A stretch of DNA of 64,000 bases from a virus (taxonomy: Duplodnaviria; Caudoviricetes). A program made the position numbers and the translations under genes. The stretch is from IMG/VR virus record IMGVR_UViG_3300035208_002115; one strand, written 5' to 3'. The notes below the pieces were generated by a model. It saw only the letters and a program-made list of their open reading frames with translations, did not search any database and had not been told where the DNA came from. Positions 30,555 to 40,822 of the stretch are shown piece by piece. Every line of letters starts with the position of its first letter. Positions within the stretch are counted from its first letter, which is position 1.

Positions 30555-31169
30555 TTATAAGTTTATTAAATTCCAATTACCGCCATAATCCTCAATAGTG
30601 GCTGTTTTATGTCCTACCCAATCACCAGAATTTATATAAAGTAACCCATCTTTATCATCAACAACTGGATAATGTGTATGTCCACATAGTAATATATCAC
30701 ATTTTCTAATTTTCCCATATGTCCTGTAATCTCTATCGTCTTTATCATCACTACCCACAACTACAATTTTTTTATTAAAAATTTTCAAGAATTTCAATAT
30801 TGGAACATTCCAGTCTCCGTGTGTAGCATGAATTTTAATACCATTAGATTTAAAGTTGTAAAATTTTTTTATTTTTATTTTTAAAAATGGTTGTATAAAT
30901 TTAAGTAAATAATAATGATAATCATGATTACCTATAATATATATAACTTCGGTTTTTCTATCTCTCATTAATCTTAAAAAATCCTTTATAATATATTTAT
31001 GTTTCTTATAATTACCTTCTTTTCTCAATAAAGCAAATACATCAAATATATCACCGTTTAAAATTAATTTGTCACATGGGTTATTTTTTAAGAATTCAAA
31101 ACAATCTTTAAATAATGAATCGTTTCTGAATATGTGTATATCTGATATTGAAATTGTTTTATATTTCAT
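30555..31169 (-). CDS. Calcineurin-like metallophosphoesterase (LpxH-like)
   Basis: SDIH, NGDIFD, GNHD, HGD, CGHTH, YINSGDW. Confidence 0.85.
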   Translation of the reverse strand: MKYKTISISDIHIFRNDSLFKDCFEFLKNNPCDKLILNGDIFDVFALLRKEGNYKKHKYIIKDFLRLMRDRKTEVIYIIGNHDYHYYLLKFIQPFLKIKIKKFYNFKSNGIKIHATHGDWNVPILKFLKIFNKKIVVVGSDDKDDRDYRTYGKIRKCDILLCGHTHYPVVDDKDGLLYINSGDWVGHKTATIEDYGGNWNLINL

Positions 31170-31173
31170 AAAT

Positions 31174-31821
31174 TTATATATCTATTTTTTTATATAATTT
31201 TAGAGCTTCTTTTGGTATAGGTTCATATGTCATTATAAATTTATTATAATTTTTATTTGCATATTTGTTTAGATTCAAATCTAAATACCAAAGATTCTTT
31301 AAGTTTGTTGTGTCAATTTGCCATACATCTTTACCATATGATGAAAATAATTCATTTTTATCGATAGATGCGAATATTGCAGGTTTATATTTTAAATCAG
31401 TTCCCCAATCACCAATTGTAGGCATTAAACCATTTTCTAAAATAGATTCTCGTTTTTGAGGTGATGTAGTGTGATAAATATATTTGGGTGGTTTTATTCG
31501 TTCTATTTTTTCTTCTTTTACATAAATATAATAACTATAAGAAAAAGTATTATCTGGTGAATATGCACCTCTTTTTTCTTCATATGTAAATATAAGTCCT
31601 TCTTTATCAAATATTTTTTGATATTTTTTTAATATGTTTTCTACTTCTTTAGTTTGAAAAGGTTTTACATAAAAAAAATTCTTACGAAATGTTCTATTTT
31701 TATCTAAATCCTCTGTTGCTACTATATGTGGGAAATGTGATAATATTTCATTTGTCATCTTATTAATAAGATATTCGGTGTTTTTAACATTTTTAATATA
31801 TTCATTTAATTTTAAAAACAT
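31174..31821 (-). CDS. ART-fold (Tpt1/KptA-like) domain protein
   Basis: YIYHTT...ESILENGLMP...AIFAS...VWQID...IPKEAL. Confidence 0.55.
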   Translation of the reverse strand: MFLKLNEYIKNVKNTEYLINKMTNEILSHFPHIVATEDLDKNRTFRKNFFYVKPFQTKEVENILKKYQKIFDKEGLIFTYEEKRGAYSPDNTFSYSYYIYVKEEKIERIKPPKYIYHTTSPQKRESILENGLMPTIGDWGTDLKYKPAIFASIDKNELFSSYGKDVWQIDTTNLKNLWYLDLNLNKYANKNYNKFIMTYEPIPKEALKLYKKIDI

Positions 31822-31826
31822 TTTAA

Positions 31827-32084
31827 TTATTTTTTTTTGTTTTTTAATTTACCTTGGTTAGGTTCAATACGATTTGTTATTTCGAATGGTAGTTCAAAAT
31901 CATAATTAGCGTCCATAGACAGTTTAAAACCTCGTTTCCCACTTTTAATATAAATTTCTCTAATCAATGGTTGATAATTTATATCATCTATTCTTATTTT
32001 TTCACCCTCATCAGTATACATATCATTGCCAATCATAATTTTTTTCAATAATATTTCCATAATATTAGTTCTAATTTTAGTCAT
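31827..32084 (-). CDS. Hypothetical protein
   Basis: ORF track. Confidence 0.5.
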   Translation of the reverse strand: MTKIRTNIMEILLKKIMIGNDMYTDEGEKIRIDDINYQPLIREIYIKSGKRGFKLSMDANYDFELPFEITNRIEPNQGKLKNKKK

Positions 32085-32102
32085 GTTTAATTTTTTTTTA
32101 AT

Positions 32103-32840
32103 TTATTTATATTTGTTATATATTCCTTCAACGAATACATTTTTCATTGCATTAATAAAAATTTCCCATGTACCAGCTACTAGGGTATAATTATTTTCTT
32201 TCAATCCTTGAACCATAAAGGAATTAGTAGATTCTATATAGTCCATAATACCATCTTTTTTATCACCATAATTAATTCCAAGTCTACCCATATCATTATA
32301 TGCAAATACTAATGGTTCTACTGTATTTAATAAATCTTCTGAATCTGTGAAATTTAAATACATTGGTACAACTAATTTAGCATAATACCATCTTTGTTTA
32401 CAAGCTTCTATTAAATTACCATGATGCTTATGCCATTGTTCCAAAATAAAAAATTGAGCTTGTTGTTGAGTATAACCTTTTGTTGTCATTAAATATATGA
32501 CAGCACTGGTAGCATCTGGATAAGAATAATATTGAATGGCTAAATCTTTTTCTTCATTTGTCAAATTAGACCATCCAATTTCTTCTACTATTTCTTTTAT
32601 ACAATTTTTGTAAACTAAATAATCATTAGCTATTACCCCCCCATATAAATTCCAATTCGTAATAGAACTGATATCAACATAATTTGTCGGTATAGTTTGA
32701 CCACTATAAATTATTTTAAATGCACTATTCCCACTTAAATCTATATTAGACCAAGAAGTTAAATCAACACCAACAGTTTGTGATATAGTAGACCCACTTA
32801 TTATTGCGCTTATTTGATATGCTAAAAGATATTTTTTCAT
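32103..32840 (-). CDS. Probable virion/tail-fibre-associated protein
   Basis: Directly follows the giant fibre gene; SGxT/S motifs. Confidence 0.5.
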   Translation of the reverse strand: MKKYLLAYQISAIISGSTISQTVGVDLTSWSNIDLSGNSAFKIIYSGQTIPTNYVDISSITNWNLYGGVIANDYLVYKNCIKEIVEEIGWSNLTNEEKDLAIQYYSYPDATSAVIYLMTTKGYTQQQAQFFILEQWHKHHGNLIEACKQRWYYAKLVVPMYLNFTDSEDLLNTVEPLVFAYNDMGRLGINYGDKKDGIMDYIESTNSFMVQGLKENNYTLVAGTWEIFINAMKNVFVEGIYNKYK

Positions 32841-32855
32841 TTTAAATAATTTTTT

Positions 32856-35800
32856 TTAAGAAACTCTAAATATTTCTAAAGAACAATCTCTTATATTTAA
32901 TGTACCAGTAGCTTCTTGGGAAAACTCTAATGTTATTGTATGTGTAACAGTTGTACTGAAAGTTATAAACATAGTTCTTGTTGTATAAAGCCAAGTAGTA
33001 GTATCCGATAATTCATGATTATGAACATTACCCAACATTGTACCATCAACTCGAATTCTTGATAATATATCACTGCTAGTGATATTTTTATTCATACCAT
33101 AACTTCCAGTTATTTTATATAATCCAATCGGTAATACACCAGTTGTAATAGTTAATTTAGTTGAATATGTTGGTGTTACTGATGTTGTAGTAGTTTGTGT
33201 TAAATCTTGTGCATAATTAAATTGACTACCATAAATAGTCGGTTGAATTTTAGTATTTATTATTTTTTTATTATTATCGATTGATAATAAAGTATATCCG
33301 CTATATGACGGTGGTACATAAGTACTTGGAGTATTTGATAAATAAATAGCAAATCCACCTGTTTTAGATACAAGAACAAAATCACCACCTATTTTATTAA
33401 CCCAATAATCACCATTAAAATTTGCAATACCAACACCAGTGAAGGTTAAGGCTGGACTTGTTTGGTTAAATGTTTGTGTTGTATTTGGTAATAAATCAAC
33501 ATAATATGATGGTATACCATCATTTGTATTGAAAGAAAATGTATATAATCCATTATTTGTTAAATTCCAGTTTATAGTCCAATAAGCTAAATTTGTTAAA
33601 TCTGGGCCGTCTGTCCCTGTTACTGTGATATAATAATATGTAGTGTTTGTTGTTGGTATAGCGGTTGGTGCTGGTGTATTATAAGTGTATGTACTTTGTA
33701 CTATTCCTGTTATACCACTTAAAAAAGTAGAACCACTTATACCCAGATTATTATATAAATTTGTTGACCCAGTGACTTTTAATGTACCAATTACAGCTTC
33801 ATTTCCTAAAATATTCGAACTATTAGCCGTTAATGAATTACTTATGATTGTAACACCATTTACTGTTAAAGTATTATATAAGTTTGTAGCACCAGTAACT
33901 TTTAATGTACCAGTTACAGTTTCATTACCTGAAACATTTATACTATTAGCTGTTAATGTGTTATTTATTATTGTAGCACCATTTATTGTTAAAGTATTAT
34001 ATAAGTTTGTAGCACCAGTAACTTTTAATGTACCAGTTATAGTTTCATTACCTAAAATACTCGAACTATTAGCTGTTAATGTGTTATTTATAACAGTTGC
34101 ACCGTTTATAGTTAAAGTGGAATTTAAATTTGTTGCCCCAGTAACTTTTAACGTACCAGTTACAGTTTCATTTCCCAATATATTCGAACTATTAGCTGTT
34201 AATGTGTTATTTATTATTGTAGCACCATTTATTGTTAAAGTAGAATTTAAATTTGTTGCCCCAGTGACTTTTAACGTACCAGTTATAGTTTCATTTCCCA
34301 ATAATGTTATACCACTTAGAGTTAAATTTTTTTGCATTATAATGTTACCAGTAGAATCAATTCGCATTTTTTCATCTGCTGCTGTTGTACCATTTGTAAA
34401 AAATTTCAAAATTTTAGTTGGAGTGGAAGTTCCTATTGCTAAATGACCACCATTAGCTATTAAATATGAATCATCACCATCAACAATTGAATAACTTGGG
34501 TCATTATAGGTAGAAGAATTTATACCTAAATCTACATACATATCGGTTTCGCTTCCGTTATCTGCTGTTGCTACAATATCAGAAGAAGCATAATTACCAT
34601 TGCTACTATTATGGATATTTAATTGAATATAGGTATCTGCATCTGCATATGCACTTATTATATTTTTCGATTCAGTATAACTTTGAACAAGAAAACGTTC
34701 AGGATTTAATACATCAAATATAGGATTACCAATGGCTACATTACCACCACCAGTTGCTAAGTATACATTATCAGACGAATATGTATTAATTTCAAATGTA
34801 CCACCAGTGCTATCTAAATATAGAGAATTATTTCCATTATCACCACCAGAAATTATACTTGATGCACCTATTTGTGTGTGTATGATAAGTCTATCTGTTG
34901 TTAAATTAATAGAATTTGTATTAATATTACCTACATGATAAATCGTATTATTACCAACTGCATCTAAGTAGGTTTTGTTTGTATGTGTGTGGGTATTTGT
35001 ATAAGCAGAATCCCAATTAGTTTTATTATAACCACTGATAGATGTTGTACCACTGAAGAAACTATCAATATTTGTTTTTAAATAATAGGATGTAAACCCA
35101 TTATATGATGTTAAATTTGATATATCAGTTGATGTGTGAGTATGTGCTGAATTAGCTTTTAATAACAAATTATCATCAACATATTTCTTATCTATTAAAT
35201 CAGTATTTGATGTAAATGTTGGGTGACTATTGTATTTTTGAATACCAGTTATATTTCTTGTTCCGTCAGTTTTAAGATATTGTAAATGGTCATCTGAATC
35301 TAAACCACTTAATGAACTGTGTTTAGTAATACTCCCCCCACCAGAACCAGTTTGTCCACCAATACGATAATGAAAAGGTAAAGGTCTAATATCATATATA
35401 GAATCTGAAAAAGATGTTGTACCCCCTGAGTAAACTATATAGGCCATGTTTATTGTCGTAGTATCAAATGGTGCTATTTTAGCAGGTAATCCAGCATTAA
35501 TAGCATCTTCTTTAGATTCATAATAAGCCTGTGCTAAATAAAATGATAACTGACCCTGTGCTGTTCTTAATATCAACGATTTTACCCATTTTCCAGAAGG
35601 TATTTTCACCATTGAAAAATTGGCAATACAGGTCAAATCAATTCCACCTGTACCTAAGTACGGAGAATCTAAACTTATTATAGTTTGCGAACCTGTCCAT
35701 GTAATACCAGTGGCTAAGACCTCATTAATATATGACGTTGTATATCCATCTTCATATGCATAAATTTTAAAGAAATCATCTGATGGAAATTGATTTGTTA

Positions 35801-38800
35801 CATTTGAATCACAAGTTACAATTGTACTATATTGGGTAAAAGTAAAAGTACCACCTGTTATTATTACAAAAGAATTTTTTGTGATATCATTATAGACATT
35901 TGTTGGTATACTATAATTGTTCAAATAAACTGCTTTGTTTATATATGAAAAGTCTAACCCAACACCTTGGTCGGGAGTTATATAATTAATCATAGTAGTT
36001 AACCCAGTGACATCACTTTCTGTTGTACCAACTTCTTGGAGATTAACTGTGGTCAGACCCATTTGAATTTTACAAGCAGAACTTACAATAAGTGTTGTAT
36101 CACCACTTAATAATTGAATATTTCCACCATTATCATAAATAAATATTCCCAACCTTTTAAAATATTCCGATGTTCTTGAAAGTGAATTATTTATAACACA
36201 CCCATCTTGTCTAATTGACCCGATTTGAGCTGCCCAATAAAATGAACCTAATCTAATAAAATGAATGTTATCAGTTTCTGTTGTAGATAAATGGATGATA
36301 CCATCGGTGTCAATATAAACATAATATGTACCAATATTATCTGGAATTATATAATCGTTTGTGTCTATTGTATCACCAGACCAACTTATCAATTTGTGAA
36401 ACCCATCATATATAATATATCCACTACCACCAACAATATATAATTCGTTGATGTCGGTTTGAATTAAAACGACTTCTGGTTCTAATCTACCCGAAATTTG
36501 AGTATCTTCAATATAATGTGCAACTTTTTGATTAAAATCATCAACATTTGTGCTACTCCATTCTGGTACATTTATATTTATGTCAATTGCATTTCTATTT
36601 TCAATATCTGCTAATGTTGAACCACTAAAATTTATATCATTCCATGCGATAGTTTCACCAGTATTCATCTTACCATTCAATAATGAATCAATTAATGTTG
36701 ATTGATAATAATTAGTCAATCCAGTATATGATGATAAATCCGAAATTTCATTAGCAGTGTGGGTATGACCTGTTATCGTGTACCCGTTAAGTATATTATT
36801 TATATTTGTTTTTGTATAATAGTATGTATTTATATCAGTTATACTTGATACAACATGACTATGACCAATTAAAGTGTACCCACTTAATAACGATATTGTT
36901 TCACTCTTAGAATAATAATAAGTAGAAATATTATCAATATCACTAACTAAATGAGTATGCCCCGTGTCCGACTTAGAATCCAATGTGGATTGTAAATCAT
37001 TAATATCACTTATTTCATGTGTATGCCCTGTAAGTGAGAACGAATTTGGGTCAATAGTAGTATCAAATCTAAATGATGTGGCATTCCAAATTGCCAGATT
37101 ACCATCTGTTGGTGTATCTTCTCTTGTTGCAACTGGTAATAAATCCCCAATTTGTCCTATTTTAAAAGTTTCACCTGTTTCATCAAATAAAAACCGATAA
37201 TTTGTTGATTGTCCTCTATCTATTTCAATTCCAGCAAATCCTTTAGTTACACCAGTTCCAGTTTCACCACTATTAATATAAATCATATTATCGAATACAT
37301 TTAAATCCTCTGTGTTTATAAATGTAGTAGTACCAGAAACAGTTAAATCACCTGTTATTATTAAATCATTATTGATGATATTATGAGTGTGTCCACTATC
37401 CGATTTTAATGCTAAATTATCATCTGCATATTTTTTTGATATAAGATTTGTATCAGATGTAAATGTTTTATTATTATTATAAGAAATAACATCAGTTATA
37501 TTTCTTGTTCCATCAGTTTTAAGGTATTGTAAATGGTCATCAGCATTTAAACCAGACAAATTACCATGAACTGTCACACCAGCACCACCGCCACCAGATG
37601 TCGTATAAGAAAATGGTAATGGTCTTAAATCTATTAAATTTCCTTGTAGTGTTGTCATATCTGGTGTTACTATAATAGCACAGACTTTAATACTTGATTC
37701 AAGTCCGTGTGTATCAGGTAATGAACCTTTTTCTGCATCATCATATGAATCGAATAATTGTGTGCCATATATCATATTAGCTAATCCAATATTAGCATTA
37801 AAATCTCTTATGACTAAATGTTTTACATATTTACCATTTGGTATATCTACTAATGATTTATTAACAACTGCTATTCCAGTATCACTTGAACCGAGATAAG
37901 TGTTTGATAATGTAATAGTAGTTCCTAAAATAGAATCTACTCTAATCATATTTAAATCCGTGTCACCACTTAAATATACAAAATCCCCAACCTTTACTTC
38001 AGCCGAGAAGTCAATAGATGTTGTAACTGATGTACTACCATTAGTAAAGGTAAATGTACCCCCTGTTAATAATGTGTAATTGGGTAAATTTGGGTTGTTA
38101 TATGATATGTAATTTATTATTCCATTATGATTAAATTGGGAATCAAAATCTCCACCCCAACCACTTGGTGAATAATACCAATTAAAAAATTTAGTTCCAA
38201 CATCTGTTGATAAAATTTCTTGTAAAGTAACACTATCTAATGTAGACTGAACATTTATTTCTGGTAATTTTAATTGCATAGCTGTTGTTCCACTACCACT
38301 GCCAATCGTTGTGGCTAATCCACTATTATCATAAACGAATCCACCAAGACGTGATAAGAAATCATGCACTCTGGTTACAAATGAATCAATTCTTCTCTTA
38401 GATGAATTAACAGTTCCTATACCAGCAGCACCTGAATTTAATACGAAAAAACCCAGATAAATATGAGTGTAATTACTTAATAAATCAGTTGTTAATATTA
38501 TAGTTGAACCAGTTGTAATATAAACGTTCCAAAGATTTGGTTCATATTCTGTTACATCAAAAATAGTATTATCCCATCTTATTTCATCGAAAAAGTTTTC
38601 ATATGCAATATATCCATTACCAGCAAGTACTGTCAATTCTAATGTTCCAGATTTAGATAATAATAATGGATGTGCATAACCTGTGCCTGTTATTAATTCA
38701 ACATTATTAGATAATTTATCTAAAAATCCTTTAACGTTTTGTTGTGTTCCAGTCCAACCTGTATTTACATGTGATATCACATTTTCACCATTTTGGACAA

Positions 38801-40157
38801 ATTGATTAATACCATGCTCAGTTATTAGAGCTGATGCGCTATCACCCGATAACACATTTAAAACAGTATCAATATAATTACTATTATCACTACCAATTAA
38901 TAATGTGTTTGTTAATAATCTATTATTTTCGTAAAACGTTCCATCACCATTAAAAATAGAATAATATGTAAATCCAGAATTACCATCAATTATATAAGTA
39001 GTTGGTAATGTGCTACTGAATGAATTAAAAACGGTGTTTAGTACATTAATATTATCGTTTATCGTTATAGCAGCACCAATAAAGATATTTTCATCATCAA
39101 TATTAGTATTCCATGATATGTTACCTGATAATAATGATATCGATGAATAATCAACAGATTCTTTATTATACACTGTAATAAAATTTAATGTACTTGAATT
39201 AAGACTTACACATTCAAATGATGAATTGTTGATTAATGTGGCAGATGTCGAACCACTATGATAAACATTATAAACAAAATTATTCGGGCTTAATCCATTA
39301 AAATTATATCTAACAATTGAATTTTCAATTTTAATAATAGTTGCTGTATTCGTATTATTGTTATATAAACATCCCATATAATTACTATCATTATAGGTAT
39401 AATTTAGAATAGTAGAACCATTAGTTAATATATTAATATCATTCGAACCATGAACATAAAATGTGAAACTGTTATTATTAACACTTAATATTTCAGAATT
39501 AACTAAATATAAATATGTTTTCCCTTTTATATCTAATGTTCCATCGCTTATGTCTATAACACATTTTATATCATTATCAATATCCCAGAAACTTTCAAAT
39601 ATAACATCTGAAAAAGATACGTTAGTATTTTTATCTAATATACATGTTGGTCTATTAGTTGTGGTGAATTGGATATCTTTTAATTTTACAAATCCAAGTG
39701 TTTCACCACTCATTGTCAAATTACCTATAACTTTAACCACCGATGATGCAATACCTTGTATATAAACATAATTTTTCATGATTATGTCTTCGGTATAAAT
39801 ACCCGAACCAACTGATATAAAATATGGATTTTCACTTGAAGCATCTGTGATTGAATTTATAGCTGATTGTATTGTATCATACGTTGCACCAGATTTAGCA
39901 ACATACAACTCATTCAACACATTATCATAATAATTAGGGATAGCATTACTATATGCATTTGCATAGTCTACAATATTTCCATCGACTACTCTAACTAATG
40001 TATTTCCACTTAAATAATAATCCAGTTCATTTGATAAAATAGCTTTATCAAAGTTTTGTAATTCAATAGTTGACCCAGATGATATTATCAACCCAAAATC
40101 TTTTAGTTCAACGTCTGATGCCGTTATATTTTTTATTAAAAAAACTTCTTTATTCAT
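32856..40157 (-). CDS. Giant tail fibre/spike-like protein (2433 aa)
   Basis: YDTIQSAINSI pectin-lyase-like start; GDLTVSGTTTFINT..L.V.DN fibre motif; many HTH/HSH His pairs; duplicated DDHLQYLKTDGTR modules; 41-aa tandem repeats. Confidence 0.8.
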   Translation of the reverse strand: MNKEVFLIKNITASDVELKDFGLIISSGSTIELQNFDKAILSNELDYYLSGNTLVRVVDGNIVDYANAYSNAIPNYYDNVLNELYVAKSGATYDTIQSAINSITDASSENPYFISVGSGIYTEDIIMKNYVYIQGIASSVVKVIGNLTMSGETLGFVKLKDIQFTTTNRPTCILDKNTNVSFSDVIFESFWDIDNDIKCVIDISDGTLDIKGKTYLYLVNSEILSVNNNSFTFYVHGSNDINILTNGSTILNYTYNDSNYMGCLYNNNTNTATIIKIENSIVRYNFNGLSPNNFVYNVYHSGSTSATLINNSSFECVSLNSSTLNFITVYNKESVDYSSISLLSGNISWNTNIDDENIFIGAAITINDNINVLNTVFNSFSSTLPTTYIIDGNSGFTYYSIFNGDGTFYENNRLLTNTLLIGSDNSNYIDTVLNVLSGDSASALITEHGINQFVQNGENVISHVNTGWTGTQQNVKGFLDKLSNNVELITGTGYAHPLLLSKSGTLELTVLAGNGYIAYENFFDEIRWDNTIFDVTEYEPNLWNVYITTGSTIILTTDLLSNYTHIYLGFFVLNSGAAGIGTVNSSKRRIDSFVTRVHDFLSRLGGFVYDNSGLATTIGSGSGTTAMQLKLPEINVQSTLDSVTLQEILSTDVGTKFFNWYYSPSGWGGDFDSQFNHNGIINYISYNNPNLPNYTLLTGGTFTFTNGSTSVTTSIDFSAEVKVGDFVYLSGDTDLNMIRVDSILGTTITLSNTYLGSSDTGIAVVNKSLVDIPNGKYVKHLVIRDFNANIGLANMIYGTQLFDSYDDAEKGSLPDTHGLESSIKVCAIIVTPDMTTLQGNLIDLRPLPFSYTTSGGGGAGVTVHGNLSGLNADDHLQYLKTDGTRNITDVISYNNNKTFTSDTNLISKKYADDNLALKSDSGHTHNIINNDLIITGDLTVSGTTTFINTEDLNVFDNMIYINSGETGTGVTKGFAGIEIDRGQSTNYRFLFDETGETFKIGQIGDLLPVATREDTPTDGNLAIWNATSFRFDTTIDPNSFSLTGHTHEISDINDLQSTLDSKSDTGHTHLVSDIDNISTYYYSKSETISLLSGYTLIGHSHVVSSITDINTYYYTKTNINNILNGYTITGHTHTANEISDLSSYTGLTNYYQSTLIDSLLNGKMNTGETIAWNDINFSGSTLADIENRNAIDININVPEWSSTNVDDFNQKVAHYIEDTQISGRLEPEVVLIQTDINELYIVGGSGYIIYDGFHKLISWSGDTIDTNDYIIPDNIGTYYVYIDTDGIIHLSTTETDNIHFIRLGSFYWAAQIGSIRQDGCVINNSLSRTSEYFKRLGIFIYDNGGNIQLLSGDTTLIVSSACKIQMGLTTVNLQEVGTTESDVTGLTTMINYITPDQGVGLDFSYINKAVYLNNYSIPTNVYNDITKNSFVIITGGTFTFTQYSTIVTCDSNVTNQFPSDDFFKIYAYEDGYTTSYINEVLATGITWTGSQTIISLDSPYLGTGGIDLTCIANFSMVKIPSGKWVKSLILRTAQGQLSFYLAQAYYESKEDAINAGLPAKIAPFDTTTINMAYIVYSGGTTSFSDSIYDIRPLPFHYRIGGQTGSGGGSITKHSSLSGLDSDDHLQYLKTDGTRNITGIQKYNSHPTFTSNTDLIDKKYVDDNLLLKANSAHTHTSTDISNLTSYNGFTSYYLKTNIDSFFSGTTSISGYNKTNWDSAYTNTHTHTNKTYLDAVGNNTIYHVGNINTNSINLTTDRLIIHTQIGASSIISGGDNGNNSLYLDSTGGTFEINTYSSDNVYLATGGGNVAIGNPIFDVLNPERFLVQSYTESKNIISAYADADTYIQLNIHNSSNGNYASSDIVATADNGSETDMYVDLGINSSTYNDPSYSIVDGDDSYLIANGGHLAIGTSTPTKILKFFTNGTTAADEKMRIDSTGNIIMQKNLTLSGITLLGNETITGTLKVTGATNLNSTLTINGATIINNTLTANSSNILGNETVTGTLKVTGATNLNSTLTINGATVINNTLTANSSSILGNETITGTLKVTGATNLYNTLTINGATIINNTLTANSINVSGNETVTGTLKVTGATNLYNTLTVNGVTIISNSLTANSSNILGNEAVIGTLKVTGSTNLYNNLGISGSTFLSGITGIVQSTYTYNTPAPTAIPTTNTTYYYITVTGTDGPDLTNLAYWTINWNLTNNGLYTFSFNTNDGIPSYYVDLLPNTTQTFNQTSPALTFTGVGIANFNGDYWVNKIGGDFVLVSKTGGFAIYLSNTPSTYVPPSYSGYTLLSIDNNKKIINTKIQPTIYGSQFNYAQDLTQTTTTSVTPTYSTKLTITTGVLPIGLYKITGSYGMNKNITSSDILSRIRVDGTMLGNVHNHELSDTTTWLYTTRTMFITFSTTVTHTITLEFSQEATGTLNIRDCSLEIFRVS
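33745..34314 (-). repeat. 123-bp (41-aa) tandem repeat, ~4.6 copies, inside the fibre gene
   Basis: NSSNILGNETVTGTLKVTGATNLNSTLTINGATVINNTLTA units; DNA period 123 (ctattagc at 33943, 34066, 34189). Confidence 0.9.
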
Positions 40158-40166
40158 TGTTTAAAT

Positions 40167-40751
40167 TTAATTTCTCCATGCAATCTCTACTAAAGTTGTT
40201 ATATTACTCAATTCTGGACTTGTGTTATTAGCAATTGCGATAACGTTTATAAAATCATTCGTGTTAAAATCTATATTACCATTTGTTACACTTGCTAATT
40301 TATTACCTGATAATATTGTTACAGTTACTTTATTTGTATTACTATCATTAACTCGTACTTCCACATTTCTATTTGCACCCATTATATATGCATTATCCAC
40401 TGTTGCGCTGAGTATTGTTCCGTTTCTTGACATTAAAATACCAGTTGTACTTGAATGGACAGCATCTGCCACACCTAAATAAGCTGATGTATTTTGATTA
40501 ATATAACTTCTCCCAAGAGATAGACTTGTGGTTTTGACCGACAACCACTTACTTCTAACAGAATCGTATTGATATACAATATTATCTGTTAAATAATAAA
40601 ACAAATCACCATTTACAGGGGTTGCTGGAAAAGTTAAACCTTTTTCAATTTGTGGATATTTGTATAAAAAACCACCAGAACCATCTGATATAATTGTTTT
40701 CCCACTTAGTTCGCTACCAGAAGTTATTTGTTTTACTTTAACTCTATACAT
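40167..40751 (-). CDS. Probable tail-associated structural protein
   Basis: FPATPVNGDLFY....VYQYD....W motif; late promoter at 40774. Confidence 0.6.
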   Translation of the reverse strand: MYRVKVKQITSGSELSGKTIISDGSGGFLYKYPQIEKGLTFPATPVNGDLFYYLTDNIVYQYDSVRSKWLSVKTTSLSLGRSYINQNTSAYLGVADAVHSSTTGILMSRNGTILSATVDNAYIMGANRNVEVRVNDSNTNKVTVTILSGNKLASVTNGNIDFNTNDFINVIAIANNTSPELSNITTLVEIAWRN

Positions 40752-40822
40752 CTATTTACATTATACTTTTTTTTATATATTAAAATCTTAAAAAAAAATA
40801 CTACTAATAAAAAGTATAGGTT

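Noticed and set aside
33685-34446. 253-aa plus-strand ORF and other antisense ORFs (e.g. 9216-9542, 39463-39765, 3048-3395)
   Set aside because: Shadows of real genes or repeats on the opposite strand, with no independent coding signal.
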